Source of the DNA: an uncultured delta proteobacterium
GTDB lineage: Bacteria; Desulfobacterota; Binatia; Binatales; Binataceae
Length of the DNA: 64,000 bases
Reading direction: 5' to 3'
NCBI GenBank assembly: GCA_963842085.1
Contig: CAWJET010000001.1
Span: 416,001 to 480,000, forward strand
The position numbers and the translations under genes are program-made. This document shows positions 46,701-56,192 of this stretch, one piece after another. Below the pieces are notes generated by a model. The model worked only from the letters and a program-made list of their open reading frames with translations. It made no database searches and had not been told where the DNA came from. Each line of letters begins with the position of its first letter. Positions within the stretch are counted from its first letter, which is position 1.

Positions 46701-46849
46701 AGCGTCCTTTGGCGATCGTGGTGATTGGTGGCGCGATTTCGATAGCGCTGTTGACACGGGTATTTCATCCAACGCTGGTTTACGTCTTTCACCGGCAGCT
46801 CGGTTTGACCGACGGTCGACGACCCGAACCCCAAGAAAGGAGAATATGA
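43724..46849 (+). CDS. Heavy-metal efflux RND transporter, CzcA-like
   Basis: IEAYPD, TM4 GAVDFGIIIDSTVIVIEN (divalent CzcA type), GGEFLPKLEEG and QRPLAIVVIGG motifs. Confidence 0.93.
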   Translation: MIRILMDLALRERVVVIGAAILLAIAGFYSFRELDIEAYPDPVQPRVEIITQPLGLSAEEVEKIATIPLEVGLAGIRNLEAMRTISLFGLSDVKLYFTWDSDYYWDRVETINRLGLVTLPQNLSPSISPDNPIGEIYRYIVQSPDHNLLEEKEVEDWVLEKQLKTVPGVEDVSGFGGLTKQYHVDVDAAKLNHYQLSLATLTSAIANANINVGGNYVEVGQQAFDVRGIGFVTTLDDIRNIVLSSSNATLNSSIAIPARVRDVAEVNLGYAPRLGIVGRNERDEVVEGIVLMRKYGDTLKTLKGVEAKVRELNSSGTMPAGYKAVPYYDRTSLVDTTLRTVLENLGLGMLLVFLVLIFFLGNLRTAVIAALNIPLAICGAFILLYLTGIPANLLSLGAVDFGIIIDSTVIVIENIYRHLTTDNQPGESELQCIRRASLEVGGPMFYSTLIFLVAFLPLFTMRGVEGVIFSPMSHTYAFALTTAIVLAITLTPVLSSFLLRTGMKETHNIVWEGFHRFYHNLFIRVLRWPYLTLAAIILVMAGGLSLFPRLGGEFLPKLEEGNIWARATLPLSTSLSHANDVARGTRDVFRSFPEVTDVISQTGRPDDGTDATGFFNIEYNVDLKPQSQWRPGLTKQKLTDEIDDRLRRKFPEAVFGYSQYIEDNIEEALSGVKGVNAIKVYGPDLVLDERVANETREVIDGVRGIADVAVYRAMGQPNLLIKPDRQICSRYGLNVGDVAAAVQAAIGGQAVTQVLEGDRRFDLVVRWQPKYRQSSDAIRQIQIALPGGGYVPLGQVADITTAEGASFIYREGLRRYVPIRFSVRGRDMQSTIDEAKNAIARQIRLPAGVSLDWVGEYSELQQANRRLEIVIPFALLVIMGILYAATLSFINTLILMAQVPLACLGGVLALVVTGTPFSVSAAVGFISIFAIAIMDGILLNFYIHQLWREGHSVVDSIVMGADRRFRALMMTALVDGLGLLPAALSTRIGAQTQRPLAIVVIGGAISIALLTRVFHPTLVYVFHRQLGLTDGRRPEPQERRI

Positions 46850-46897
46850 AAAAACATAATTAAGTGGTGGCGCACCTCAGGGTTGGAAAGCGCGTTA

Positions 46898-46983
46898 TGC
46901 CGGGGGCGGGACTCGAACCCGCACGGAGGTTGCCCTCCCGAGAATTTTAAGTCCTCTGCGTATGCCATTTCGCGATCTGTGGC
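46898..46983 (-). pseudogene. Defective tRNA-Leu(TAA) / att remnant
   Basis: Reverse complement has D arm GCGAAATGGCATACGC, anticodon arm GAGGA-CTTAAAA-TTCTC, long variable arm, T arm and 3' CCCCGGCA; the 5' acceptor strand does not pair and there is no CCA. Confidence 0.8.
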
Positions 46984-47798
46984 TAACAAAAGATCCGAGT
47001 GCTCCGGAAAGTCTGAAGTTTTTAGATCGGCCGCCGTTGAATCGCCGGCATGCTTAATTCGAGCGATCCGTCATCTCGGTTGTTGCCCGTCGATTCCGGG
47101 TCGGGCGGGAAGGCGTCAGCCGTTCTTACCTGGTTCCTGTCAAGATAGGCTTCGACCGCGACTATCGTATCGCGCTCGGTGTGGATCGGCCCCCTCGCCA
47201 GTCTTCGGAGCTGAGCGGCGGTGACCCGGAACAAGTTGGCGATTTTCAGCAATTGCTCGGCCATTAGCGGCCGTGTTCATACCCCAAGTCAGCGGGAAAC
47301 ATCCACTGAATCGATCATCGAGCGCTGCAGCATCCGCTTACCTAGACTATTATCTTACCCGTTCCGTCTTCGCCTTCCATCCGGCACTCGGCACAATCGG
47401 TTATCCAAACCGGCTACGCTAAAATAACCTAATATCCGGATAAGATCGCCATCTCGAAGGTCTCTCGCTATCAACTAAAAGTGGGCAAGGTTAAGTCGGA
47501 TAGAGCCCCATTGCGGGGGCATCCGCGCTATGACGCGCGGTCTTTAGTAAACCGCGCAGACACGCCAAGACCACTTCACTCGGTTTCGAGCTGACGCGCA
47601 ATAGTGCTATTTTGCTCCCCGTAGCTAATCCGAGCAGTGCTGGCGTGAACCTAGCCATTTACGATCGGGGTCTCCATCCAGCGGTTCGTGCCAGCCAGGC
47701 TCAAAGTTCAGGGGGTCTAGTTCGGGGGCTTCTACGTTCGGCGGGTTCTGACGTCCAGGCGGCGTTATGGTTCACGCGCGACCGACAAATGGCGCTCA

Positions 47799-49094
47799 AT
47801 GGCTTCTGGCCGGTCGCGATTGCGCGCGACCTCGTCGCCGGGCACGATCGGCGTGATGCTCGACCAGGAAGCAATGCAGATCGCCCGGAACCGGCTCAAC
47901 GCGGAGTCGGCGCGGCGCGGCCACCTCTTTAGCGACGAACTTCAGCGGGTTCAGAGCGAATTTGCGATCAAAGGACTCGCACATTCCGGTGCGCTCATCC
48001 GAGCCGTCGCCGACGTTTGCGCGAAAGAGATCGAGGACGCGACCGAGCGGCTCTGGGAGATCATTCGCGACCTCCTTCGGGAGACCGACGCCGCTCCCTC
48101 GCCTGAAGCGGTCGCGACCCTTTACCGTCAGATAGATGAACTGTGGGTGCCTTATCGCTCTGCAGGGCCAGAAGAGCAGTTTGAGGCGATCTGCCGGCGT
48201 GACGGCACCGATCTTCTGTCCATGAAGAACGCGACCAACTTCGGCAATCGAAATATCGGCGCACGCATGCGAATCCGGTCCGAGGTCGAACAGTTCGTCC
48301 GCTCGCTGCGCAACCGGGTCCGTGTTGGCACTGCCTCAAGTGATCGCTCCAAGGTGTTTCTAAGCCATGCCGCGTCAGACCGATCGATCGCGTCGCTATT
48401 GAAGGCAGAGATCGAGCGTCGCCTGCCCGGTGTAAGTGTATTCTGTTCGAGCGATCCTGCGGACCTGCCGCCGGGCACCAAGTGGTCGGCGGCGATTCAA
48501 GAAGCTCTGCAAGACGCGACTATGCTGATATTCGTCGCATCAGAGCGTGGCGTGCAGCGGCAGTGGGTCTGGTTCGAGTGCGGAACGTTCTGGTTCAGCC
48601 GAAGGAAGATCATGCCCCTCTGCCTCGGCCAGGTTCGAAAGAACGCCCTCCGTCAACCTCTCTCGGAACTGCAGGCCATCAACGGCGACGAATCCAGCGA
48701 CTTGAAGACCGCCCTTGATGTCGTCGCCACAGCTACCGGTTTGTCCGTTTCTGATGCCTCCGATCTAGATGGCCTTTCCGAAAAGCTGAAGCTGTTGGAT
48801 CGCGAAGCCGCCGCCGTTATGAGCGCCGCATCCGGCTGGCTTGGGGCCGAGTGGGACGGAAAGTTTATAGCGTACAAAGGTCCCTATGAAGTCCTTCCGC
48901 GGATAGAAGATCACAACTTTGGAATTTCTATGCAGGAAGCTCTCAAGGCGGCCGGCTACACAGTGACCCTGTACGACAGGAACAATTTCGCGGCGATGGC
49001 CGAACCAAACCATTTCGTCTGGTTGACCGACAGGAAATCATGGAGATGTCGCGTCGTTAAGGGTGATGCATACCTCGTCGCAAGACCTACCTGA
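47799..49094 (+). CDS. TIR-domain protein with unknown N- and C-terminal domains
   Basis: KVFLSHAASD...GTKWSAAIQEAL...WVWFECG with catalytic Glu. Start may be 47856. Confidence 0.85.
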   Translation: MASGRSRLRATSSPGTIGVMLDQEAMQIARNRLNAESARRGHLFSDELQRVQSEFAIKGLAHSGALIRAVADVCAKEIEDATERLWEIIRDLLRETDAAPSPEAVATLYRQIDELWVPYRSAGPEEQFEAICRRDGTDLLSMKNATNFGNRNIGARMRIRSEVEQFVRSLRNRVRVGTASSDRSKVFLSHAASDRSIASLLKAEIERRLPGVSVFCSSDPADLPPGTKWSAAIQEALQDATMLIFVASERGVQRQWVWFECGTFWFSRRKIMPLCLGQVRKNALRQPLSELQAINGDESSDLKTALDVVATATGLSVSDASDLDGLSEKLKLLDREAAAVMSAASGWLGAEWDGKFIAYKGPYEVLPRIEDHNFGISMQEALKAAGYTVTLYDRNNFAAMAEPNHFVWLTDRKSWRCRVVKGDAYLVARPT

Positions 49095-49494
49095 CTTTCC
49101 ACGCATGTCTCCTGCGATTGCGCGTCATCTCGCCGCAGGGAAATGATGGGGCGTGATGGCGCGTGCCCCAATGCGGCTAAACGGAAAATGAGCTACACGA
49201 AATTCGCTCTCTCATTCTGGCAGATCGAGCCAATACAAGGAGAATCCCTGCAGATTTTCTAAGTAAGACAAGGATTAAGAGGGGAAAAGAAAAGAGTGGT
49301 GACCGGTCGTCCCACGGCTGCGGACCCCCGGTAAGCTCCCGGTGTCAAGGCGACCTCGGCCTTCCGAGGTTCATTAGCGGGCAGTTCGTACAAATATTAC
49401 TCTGCGCAGCTGAGAATGTGGTAGTTTTGTCTTGCAACCCTGGGCATCCCTGCGTCGGTGTCAGGTGCGATGTCCGTGGGGCGGGGGAGGAGTC

Positions 49495-51519
49495 ATGGGC
49501 GGGAGGGTTCGGGTCGAAGGCGGGGTCGCAATCCCTTTTCACGTGTCACGCGACGAATTTGTCGCCACCATTGATCATGCGGTAGTGCGGTCGCAGCGTT
49601 CGTTGATAGAGCTTCAGCGGGCTGAGGGATACTGGCATGCGCCGCTGGAGGCGAACGCACAGATGAATGCCGAGTTTATCATTTTCAGCCACTTCATGGA
49701 CTCGGTCGAGCCAATGCTTGAGGCTAAGCTCGCGAAGTTCCTATTGGATACACAACAGCCGGACGGCAGTTGGAACCTCTACAGGGGCGGAGAGGGCTAT
49801 CTCTCATACAGTATCGAGGCCTATTTCGCGCTCAAGTTGGCGGGCTCGAAGGCGAGCGACGACCCGATGGTGGCGGCGCGCTCATGGATCCTGTCACGGG
49901 GAGGTATCGAAGCAGCGGGTACGCTCGCGCGCTTCTATCTCGCCTCGTTGGGTCAGGTACCGTGGGACGCGACCGCAGCGCTGCCGGTGGAGCTCGCCCT
50001 TTTGCCCGTCTGGTTTCCGGTTAACGTTTACGAATTAGCCTCGTGGGCGCGCGGCACGCTGTTCTCTCTCATGGCTCTGCAGAGCTCGCGGCCTGTCATA
50101 GGGATTGAACCAGATCGCAGCGCGTTTGAGCTTTACTGCCGACCCTTAGCTTCAACCAAGTTCAGGCAGCCGCGCGCGCGGAAACTCTTTTCTCTTCGCA
50201 ATTGCCTTAACGTCGCGGACCGAGTGTTGCGCATCTATGACCACCATCACTTCAGCGGTTTGCGAGCACGTGCCCTCCAGTGCGCGGAGACTTGGTTGAT
50301 ACGGCATCAGGACGCCAACGGTTCATTTGGCGGGATCGAACCCTGCTATTTGCTGACACCGATGGCGCTAAGGGCGCTTGGTTATCGCAACGACCATCCG
50401 GTCATGAGGAAGGCGATCGAGGCGACGCGCGAGCTCGTATGGGATTTCGGCGACACTGCGCTTTGCATGCCGTGTGTGTCGCCCAACTGGAATACGGCCC
50501 TGGCGGTTAAGGCCCTTTTGGATTCAGAGTTGGATGCAGGCCATCCCGCGCTCCAGCAGGCTGGCAAGTGGCTTATCAACCATCAGATTTTCAAGCGCGG
50601 AGATTGGGCGATCAAGCGACCCTATCTAGAGCCCGGCGGATGGGCGTTCGAATTCTACAACGATTGGTACCCCGACGTGGACGACTCCGCCGTCATTGTA
50701 ATGACCTTGGCTAGGATGCAGGTTGATCACTCCGCCGCAAAAGAGCGCGCGGTCCTAACCGGAGCGAATTGGGTGATTGGAATGCAGTCGAGAGACGGCG
50801 GCTTCGCGGCATTCGACGCCGACAATGACTCCGAATGGCTCAACCATCTCCCGCTTGCGGATGTTGAGGCCGTAACCGACCCCTCCTGCGCCGATCTCAC
50901 CGGTCGCGTGCTCGAGATGATGGGGACGCTTGGTTATCGTGCCGATCATCCGATCGCTTGCAGGGCTGTCGCATGGCTAAAGCGCCACCAGACGCCGGAG
51001 GGCGCCTGGTGGGGGAGATGGGGCGTCGCGTACATTTACGGCACGTTTTCGGCTCTCGCCGGGCTGCGCGCAGTCGGTGTCGATCTGAACGCAGCCTGGA
51101 TCAAGCAAGCAGTCCAATGGCTCAAGTCCAAACAGAATCCCGACGGGGGCTGGGGCGAAAGCCCGCTCGCCGATAAGGACCCCGCCTGGCGCGGGCGCGG
51201 CAGCAGTACCGCCTCGCAGACGGCGTGGGCGATAATCGGGTTGCTGGCAGGCGAGGACAATGTAAGCGACCACGTTGTTCGTGGTGTGCAGTGGCTCATT
51301 GAGCGACAGAACGAGGGCGGCGGGTGGGAGGAGGCCGAATCGACGGGCAACGGCTTCCCGAACCACTTTTATCTGCGCTACTACCTGTATCCGCATTGCT
51401 TCGGACTGATGGCGCTCGGCCGCTTCCGTGCGCGTCTGAAGGAGGTCGGCCGATCGATAAATCGCCCATTGGGCGCGGTCGGGATGGGACTTCCCGATAC
51501 CCCAACCATGGCCCGGTAG
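49495..51519 (+). CDS. shc: Squalene-hopene cyclase
   Basis: GGWAFEFYNDWYPDVDDSA, QW repeats (QQPDGSW, QNPDGGW), WWGRWGVAYIYGT and GFPNHFYLRY motifs; GGAGGAG RBS. Confidence 0.93.
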   Translation: MGGRVRVEGGVAIPFHVSRDEFVATIDHAVVRSQRSLIELQRAEGYWHAPLEANAQMNAEFIIFSHFMDSVEPMLEAKLAKFLLDTQQPDGSWNLYRGGEGYLSYSIEAYFALKLAGSKASDDPMVAARSWILSRGGIEAAGTLARFYLASLGQVPWDATAALPVELALLPVWFPVNVYELASWARGTLFSLMALQSSRPVIGIEPDRSAFELYCRPLASTKFRQPRARKLFSLRNCLNVADRVLRIYDHHHFSGLRARALQCAETWLIRHQDANGSFGGIEPCYLLTPMALRALGYRNDHPVMRKAIEATRELVWDFGDTALCMPCVSPNWNTALAVKALLDSELDAGHPALQQAGKWLINHQIFKRGDWAIKRPYLEPGGWAFEFYNDWYPDVDDSAVIVMTLARMQVDHSAAKERAVLTGANWVIGMQSRDGGFAAFDADNDSEWLNHLPLADVEAVTDPSCADLTGRVLEMMGTLGYRADHPIACRAVAWLKRHQTPEGAWWGRWGVAYIYGTFSALAGLRAVGVDLNAAWIKQAVQWLKSKQNPDGGWGESPLADKDPAWRGRGSSTASQTAWAIIGLLAGEDNVSDHVVRGVQWLIERQNEGGGWEEAESTGNGFPNHFYLRYYLYPHCFGLMALGRFRARLKEVGRSINRPLGAVGMGLPDTPTMAR

Positions 51520-51690
51520 GTAGACGAAGAAGTACTGAATAAAAGGTAAGAATTGCGAACAGCCACCATCTTGGACTTATCGAAACGCGCCATTCTTTGC
51601 CTGAGAGGCAGCGAGAAATTCATCAGGCCGTCCTTGCAAAAAGTCTCAGTCATTTTGGTAACGCCGATAGGTCGCTGACACCTATGACGG

Positions 51691-51980
51691 GGTCACCCAG
51701 ATATTCCGGCGCCAGCGGCTCGCCCCCCCATCGACATGCGGCTGCTGCACTTCCCGGAAGGTGCAGCTGGGTACCGGTGCGGCGTCTAAGTATTTCAGGG
51801 AAGATGGACGTGGGGATGGGAGGGTGAGTCACCCCGATATCCGGGCGCCAGGGGCTCGCCCCCCCCATCGATACCCAGGAATGGATCGTGCCTGATATGC
51901 AGCAGTGCCCCTAAGGATTTCAGCGACGACAGGCAGGAAGAGAAAAGGGTGAGGTCACCCTAATATCTGGGCGCCGGCTC
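51691..51980. repeat. Three-unit degenerate direct-repeat array (periods 136 and 126 bp)
   Basis: GTCACCC..ATAT.C.GG(G)CGCC at 51692, 51828 and 51954; GGCTCGCCCCCCCATCGA twice; CTAAG.ATTTCAG.GA.GA twice. Confidence 0.75.
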
Positions 51981-52495
51981 AACAAGAGCGCTACACAACC
52001 GTGCCGAGGCCGTTGTTCCAATACGAAGTCCACCGCGTCGAGTTTGTGCGTAGTCGCGATTGCCTTGGCCGCGGGCCGACTCCAGACGTCGCGTTCGAGC
52101 GGAATTGCGCCAGGATTCATCACGCCGGTCCATGAGAGCGCTGGCAATTCGATGAGACGAGCGTCCCAGCGACTTCATCCGCGCGGATTAAAGTTGTGAG
52201 GAACCACAGGCCTTCGGCTGTCCATTCAAGGAATTCGATCGCTGTAACCAGTTGAGGGTTTGAGCCAGCGGCATCTCTTCATATCCTCGGCCGCCGCGAA
52301 ATAGATGTCCGCATATGAATTTGCAACATGAATCGATTAAGTATGGCTAATCCCTATAGTGCGCTAAGGTAGCGAAACATCAACATATGTAGAGGAACCG
52401 ACGAGATAGCAAAGGCCTGTCACAGAGGACGAGTTTTGTCATCGCTAGCTGATGTCTGTTTATTCCTGCTTAGTTTTTTGATATTAACTCAGACC

Positions 52496-52998
52496 ATGTT
52501 GAATGTAAATAATTCCGCGCCATCCTCTGAGCCACACACTGCTAAACGCAAATCGAACCGGTCAGCAGCGCGTGCGAAGCAGCCCAATTTTGGTGAAGTG
52601 ATCCGCAGCAGGCGAAGAGAACTGGATCTCACACAGGATGAGGTCGCTTCGCGAATCAAGACCTCGACGCCATATGTGGGGCACTTGGAATCGAGCAAGC
52701 GGCACCCGTCCGACAAGATTGTCACGAGACTGGCGGAAGTACTCGGCCTCGATAGCGCGAACTGTTCTTTCTCGCAAACCCGCACACCGAGGCTTTACTC
52801 TCTGCGCAACCGGAGAGTACCGAAAGTTCGGTTTCGGCCTGGGACCAGTTCCGAAAGAACGAACAACTTCGACGCATCCACAACGTCTCGAATGGCGAGA
52901 TGGAGATGTTGTCGCAAGTGGCACTTCTTGGGGAAGTTCAGTCGCCTCGCGATCTGATCTATATTCTGAACACGGTTCGTCACGCAGTCGGTAGATAG
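52496..52998 (+). pseudogene. XRE-family HTH regulator with 1-bp frameshift at ~52755
   Basis: FGEVIRSRRRELDLTQDEVASRI...HLESSKRHPS...LGLD continues in another frame as RELFFLANP...SAWDQFRKNEQL...LNTVRHAVGR*. Confidence 0.8.
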
Positions 52999-53146
52999 CT
53001 GTCCGCTATCGTTTGGCTTCCAAGCCGCAAAGCTTTGAGACTCTGGTGGCCTTTGGCCCAGTGCGAGATTGAACAAGGTCAGATCGACTACCTGAGACAA
53101 TGGCCAATTTCGGCCACAAAACTGCCAGCAAGGAGAACACTGGAAA

Positions 53147-53344
53147 GTGTACGAGGCCGACCATAGCCGCCGCCGCTCCGCATGGGAGCAGTTTCGTAGC
53201 GACGAGCGGCTCCAGCATGCCTACAACGTCAAGCCCGAAGAGCTGGAATCTCTGTCAAGGGTGGCGATGCTGGGAAATATCACAAGCAAGGACGATTATC
53301 TGTTCATCCTCAAAATGATGCGGGCCAAGCGTCACCGCTACTGA
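53147..53344 (+). CDS. Stand-alone homolog of the XRE regulator C-terminal domain
   Basis: SAWEQFRSDERLQHAYNVKPEELESLSRVAMLG..DYLFIL aligns with SAWDQFRKNEQLRRIHNVSNGEMEMLSQVALLG..DLIYIL. Confidence 0.65.
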   Translation: MYEADHSRRRSAWEQFRSDERLQHAYNVKPEELESLSRVAMLGNITSKDDYLFILKMMRAKRHRY

Positions 53345-53521
53345 CTCCAGCGCGTCTGTCCTAATTTTGGCGACGAATCCATTGTTCCGCCGACCGCTTG
53401 ATAGCCATTGACGGCGACCGGCTTTCGACTGTGCCTCATTTTTGTGCCCCCTCTCCAAAGCATATTGACTACTCCCTAGGATTCGCGCAGCCGGGCGTTT
53501 GATAGGAAGCGATGAAGAGGC

Positions 53522-54022
53522 TTACGCCTTCACCTCGTTGAGCTTCCCGGTAAGCACATCGTAGACAAATCCGCGCACGGGAATTTTGTTGGGTACCCAT
53601 GGATGCGACTTTACCCGCTGGACCTGGCGGCGTACGTTCGTGGTCGTGTCGACGAATGAATGAAAGTGACTAGGCGCCACAACTGCGGTGCCCGTTTCCC
53701 GCTCCAGCCGTTCACGTAGATCCTCGTCCTTGAACGTCAGCATCCCACAGTCGGTGTGATTAATGATCATGAATTCCTGAGTGCCCAGGAGGTAGTGCGA
53801 AATCAGCAGCGAACGAATAGCGTCCTCTGTGGCAATACCGCCGGCGTTACGGATGATGTGCGCGTCGCCGGTCTTAAGCCCGAGAAACTGCTCCACTGTG
53901 AGTCGGGCGTCCATGCACGCAACGATGGCCAGTTTGCGCGCCGGCGGCATTGCCAGATCGCCCAGTTTGAAGTTCTGAGCATATTGCCGATTAGCCTTGA
54001 GTGCCTCATCGATTACGCTCAT
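53522..54022 (-). CDS. Beta-class carbonic anhydrase
   Basis: CMDAR, IRNAGG, HTDCG and GFVYDV.TG motifs; GGAGG RBS. Confidence 0.95.
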   Translation of the reverse strand: MSVIDEALKANRQYAQNFKLGDLAMPPARKLAIVACMDARLTVEQFLGLKTGDAHIIRNAGGIATEDAIRSLLISHYLLGTQEFMIINHTDCGMLTFKDEDLRERLERETGTAVVAPSHFHSFVDTTTNVRRQVQRVKSHPWVPNKIPVRGFVYDVLTGKLNEVKA

Positions 54023-54713
54023 ATCCAACCTCCATGATTTTCGTCACGCTAACTTTAGCGCTTGCTCAGCCGCCTGTCACGGACGCGATTCATTCTCACC
54101 TGATGGACCGGGAATACTGCTCCGCCAGATCTCCGGGTTTATCGCTCGTGGGGCATCCCGAGGCCGATCATCAACGCGCTTCCATCTCCACCGCGCGTCA
54201 GCGTCTGAGTAGGACACTCGCCCTGCCGCCGGCCTAGTTTATCTTAAGCGGCTTACGATTAGCCCCACGCCGTTCGGCTGTCAACGATATTGTGCGACCG
54301 TCCGGGGTTCCCGCTTCTTGCTCTCCCTATTCGCAACTCTGAACTCGGCGCTTTACATTTGCTTCGCTCTCCGCACTGTATTCCTGGCCTTTCAACTGGA
54401 AAACCATTCCCCACAGCGGCATCCAGCAGAATTGGTTGCGCCCAAGTAAATCAGCAAGCGCGAATTCGGCCGTAGACGCGCTTATTTCCATCGAATCCTG
54501 CGGAGAATCTCTGAACGCGAAGACTGGGTGGCGGGGGTTTTTACCGCCTGACTACGACCGGAATCGATTTCATCGAGAACCGCGTTCTTGAGAAACGAAA
54601 GCGTCGCTGGGAAACCTGGTTGTTGGCTATACCCGCTTTGACTGGCCTGATTGGAACGCTTACCGCTCTCGTCTTGGCGCTTTGGCACCATTCAAACTAG
54701 ACCTCTTGGAATC

Positions 54714-54950
54714 ATGCTCCAACCCGATTTCGACCCCGCGCGCCGACAGGCGTTCGCATCCACTGCTGCAAATACGTTTCGCAGTGCAGAGCACGCAGTT
54801 GCCTGAAGCGCGCGACTCTGATCGCTGAGAAAGTCGATACCGCTGGGCGCCACGTTCGCCAGATCGAACCGTGCGGCGCGGCATTGCCAGATCATTATCG
54901 AGCGCGAGCGCTCTCGCGGGCTTGAGATTTGCGACAGACAGATTGAATAG
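54714..54950 (+). pseudogene. Small Cys-rich protein, copy 1 (two frameshifts)
   Basis: MLQPDFDP / RIHCCKYVSQCRARSCLKRATLIAEKVD..RHVRQIE.C / RHCQIIIERERSRGLEICDR; homologous to 57710. Confidence 0.7.
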
Positions 54951-55053
54951 CTCCCATGCGCCAGAGGACGTGCGCAATCGCGGTCAAGCCTAGACGCTAG
55001 GCGGAAACTGAGAGATAGTGGAAGGGATTCGCAGACCAAGGGGACGTGCGATC

Positions 55054-55635
55054 ATGAGAGCGCGTCGGTTAAGGCTAACTCTATCCGGAATGGCCCTCGC
55101 GGAGATGTTTATCGGCGGACTCGCGTTCGCTCAATCGGCGCCAAAGCCCGTCGTCAGGACGGACCATCCCACGAACGCCATCCGGCCCACGGTTCAGCCC
55201 GTGAGCGCCTACGAGCGCTCCGGACTTCTTTTTCCGTATCCCGACTTTCCCATCGAAGTTGTGGTCGGCTTTTCCCCCGGCGGCACGCCCAAGTACGAGC
55301 TCAGAACGTTTGGTTCTTCGATTCCCGACACCGAGACCGAGCTCGACGAGCTTAGGGTCAACACGCTCATTGGCGGGGTTCCGGCCGTGCCCAACGGCGG
55401 CGCTCCCGACGCGTCCGAGCCGGCGCATACGGCGCCGCGGGAAATCGGGCTGCGCCAGGCGCTCGACGCGCAGGGTTACAGCTCGGTCCATTTCAAGATG
55501 GACGGCGACACGCTCATCCTGTGGGGCACGGTGCCGACCGAGGCCGATCGTCTGATGATCGAGACGCAGGTTTTCTTCGCGCATTTTTATTCGATCGAAG
55601 ACCATATCCAGGTGCGCGAGTTCGCCGAACCCTAG
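55054..55635 (+). CDS. Exported protein with C-terminal BON-like domain
   Basis: Signal ending AFA; LRQALDAQG...GDTLILWGTVPTEADR...IEDHIQV. Confidence 0.65.
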   Translation: MRARRLRLTLSGMALAEMFIGGLAFAQSAPKPVVRTDHPTNAIRPTVQPVSAYERSGLLFPYPDFPIEVVVGFSPGGTPKYELRTFGSSIPDTETELDELRVNTLIGGVPAVPNGGAPDASEPAHTAPREIGLRQALDAQGYSSVHFKMDGDTLILWGTVPTEADRLMIETQVFFAHFYSIEDHIQVREFAEP

Positions 55636-55817
55636 TAGCCGCTTCATGATTGTGGCTGAGCCGGGCCGGGAAACTGTTTGACACTCGCCGCGGGTGGCTC
55701 GCTGAGATTGTCGCGGCCTGAAAAGGTTTCGCCTCGGAAAGAGCGGCTCAGCGATGCGCCGCCTTGTCGTGGAGCGAAGTTGTCGGTCGCGCGGGGCCGT
55801 TTGATAACTCAACCTCG

Positions 55818-56048
55818 ATGAAGGCCCGCCACGCGGCCGCTTGCGCCCGTTGCGGGAAGGTCGGTAAGCAGCGCCAACTAGACGAGCTTCTCCGGTTTAG
55901 CAGGGACGCGCCCGCCGTCGTGCTCTGTGATCGATGCGTTCACTTGCTCCGATACGCCGACGCCAAGACGTGGAAGTGGTTTCGGGAATACCGCGACCGT
56001 TTGATCGAGTCAGGACAAATGAATCAGCGTACTCTGCCGCGCACGTGA
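55818..56048 (+). CDS. Small CxxC..CxxC protein
   Basis: CARC and CDRC pairs in 76 aa. Confidence 0.4.
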   Translation: MKARHAAACARCGKVGKQRQLDELLRFSRDAPAVVLCDRCVHLLRYADAKTWKWFREYRDRLIESGQMNQRTLPRT

Positions 56049-56192
56049 TCGCGCACCTAGTGGCGAGGATACGTACTATCAAGGAATCGCTTTAGGCGGT
56101 TGGCACATCTCGAGATTTTTCGATTGTCCTCGAACGAGATTGAGTCCGAAAATTCGCGTCGGTAACCTGTCAGTCAGAGGTTGAACGATTAC

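Noticed and set aside
46865-46890. TGGTGGCGCAC as another tRNA 3' tail
   Set aside because: No convincing T arm; too short to support.
47420-47450. dif/Xer-like or res-like site
   Set aside because: Only a partial XerD-arm match, no XerC arm and no recombinase nearby.
51691-51980. CRISPR array
   Set aside because: Repeats are degenerate, spacers are 80-90 bp and similar to each other, and no cas genes are present; kept as a non-CRISPR array.
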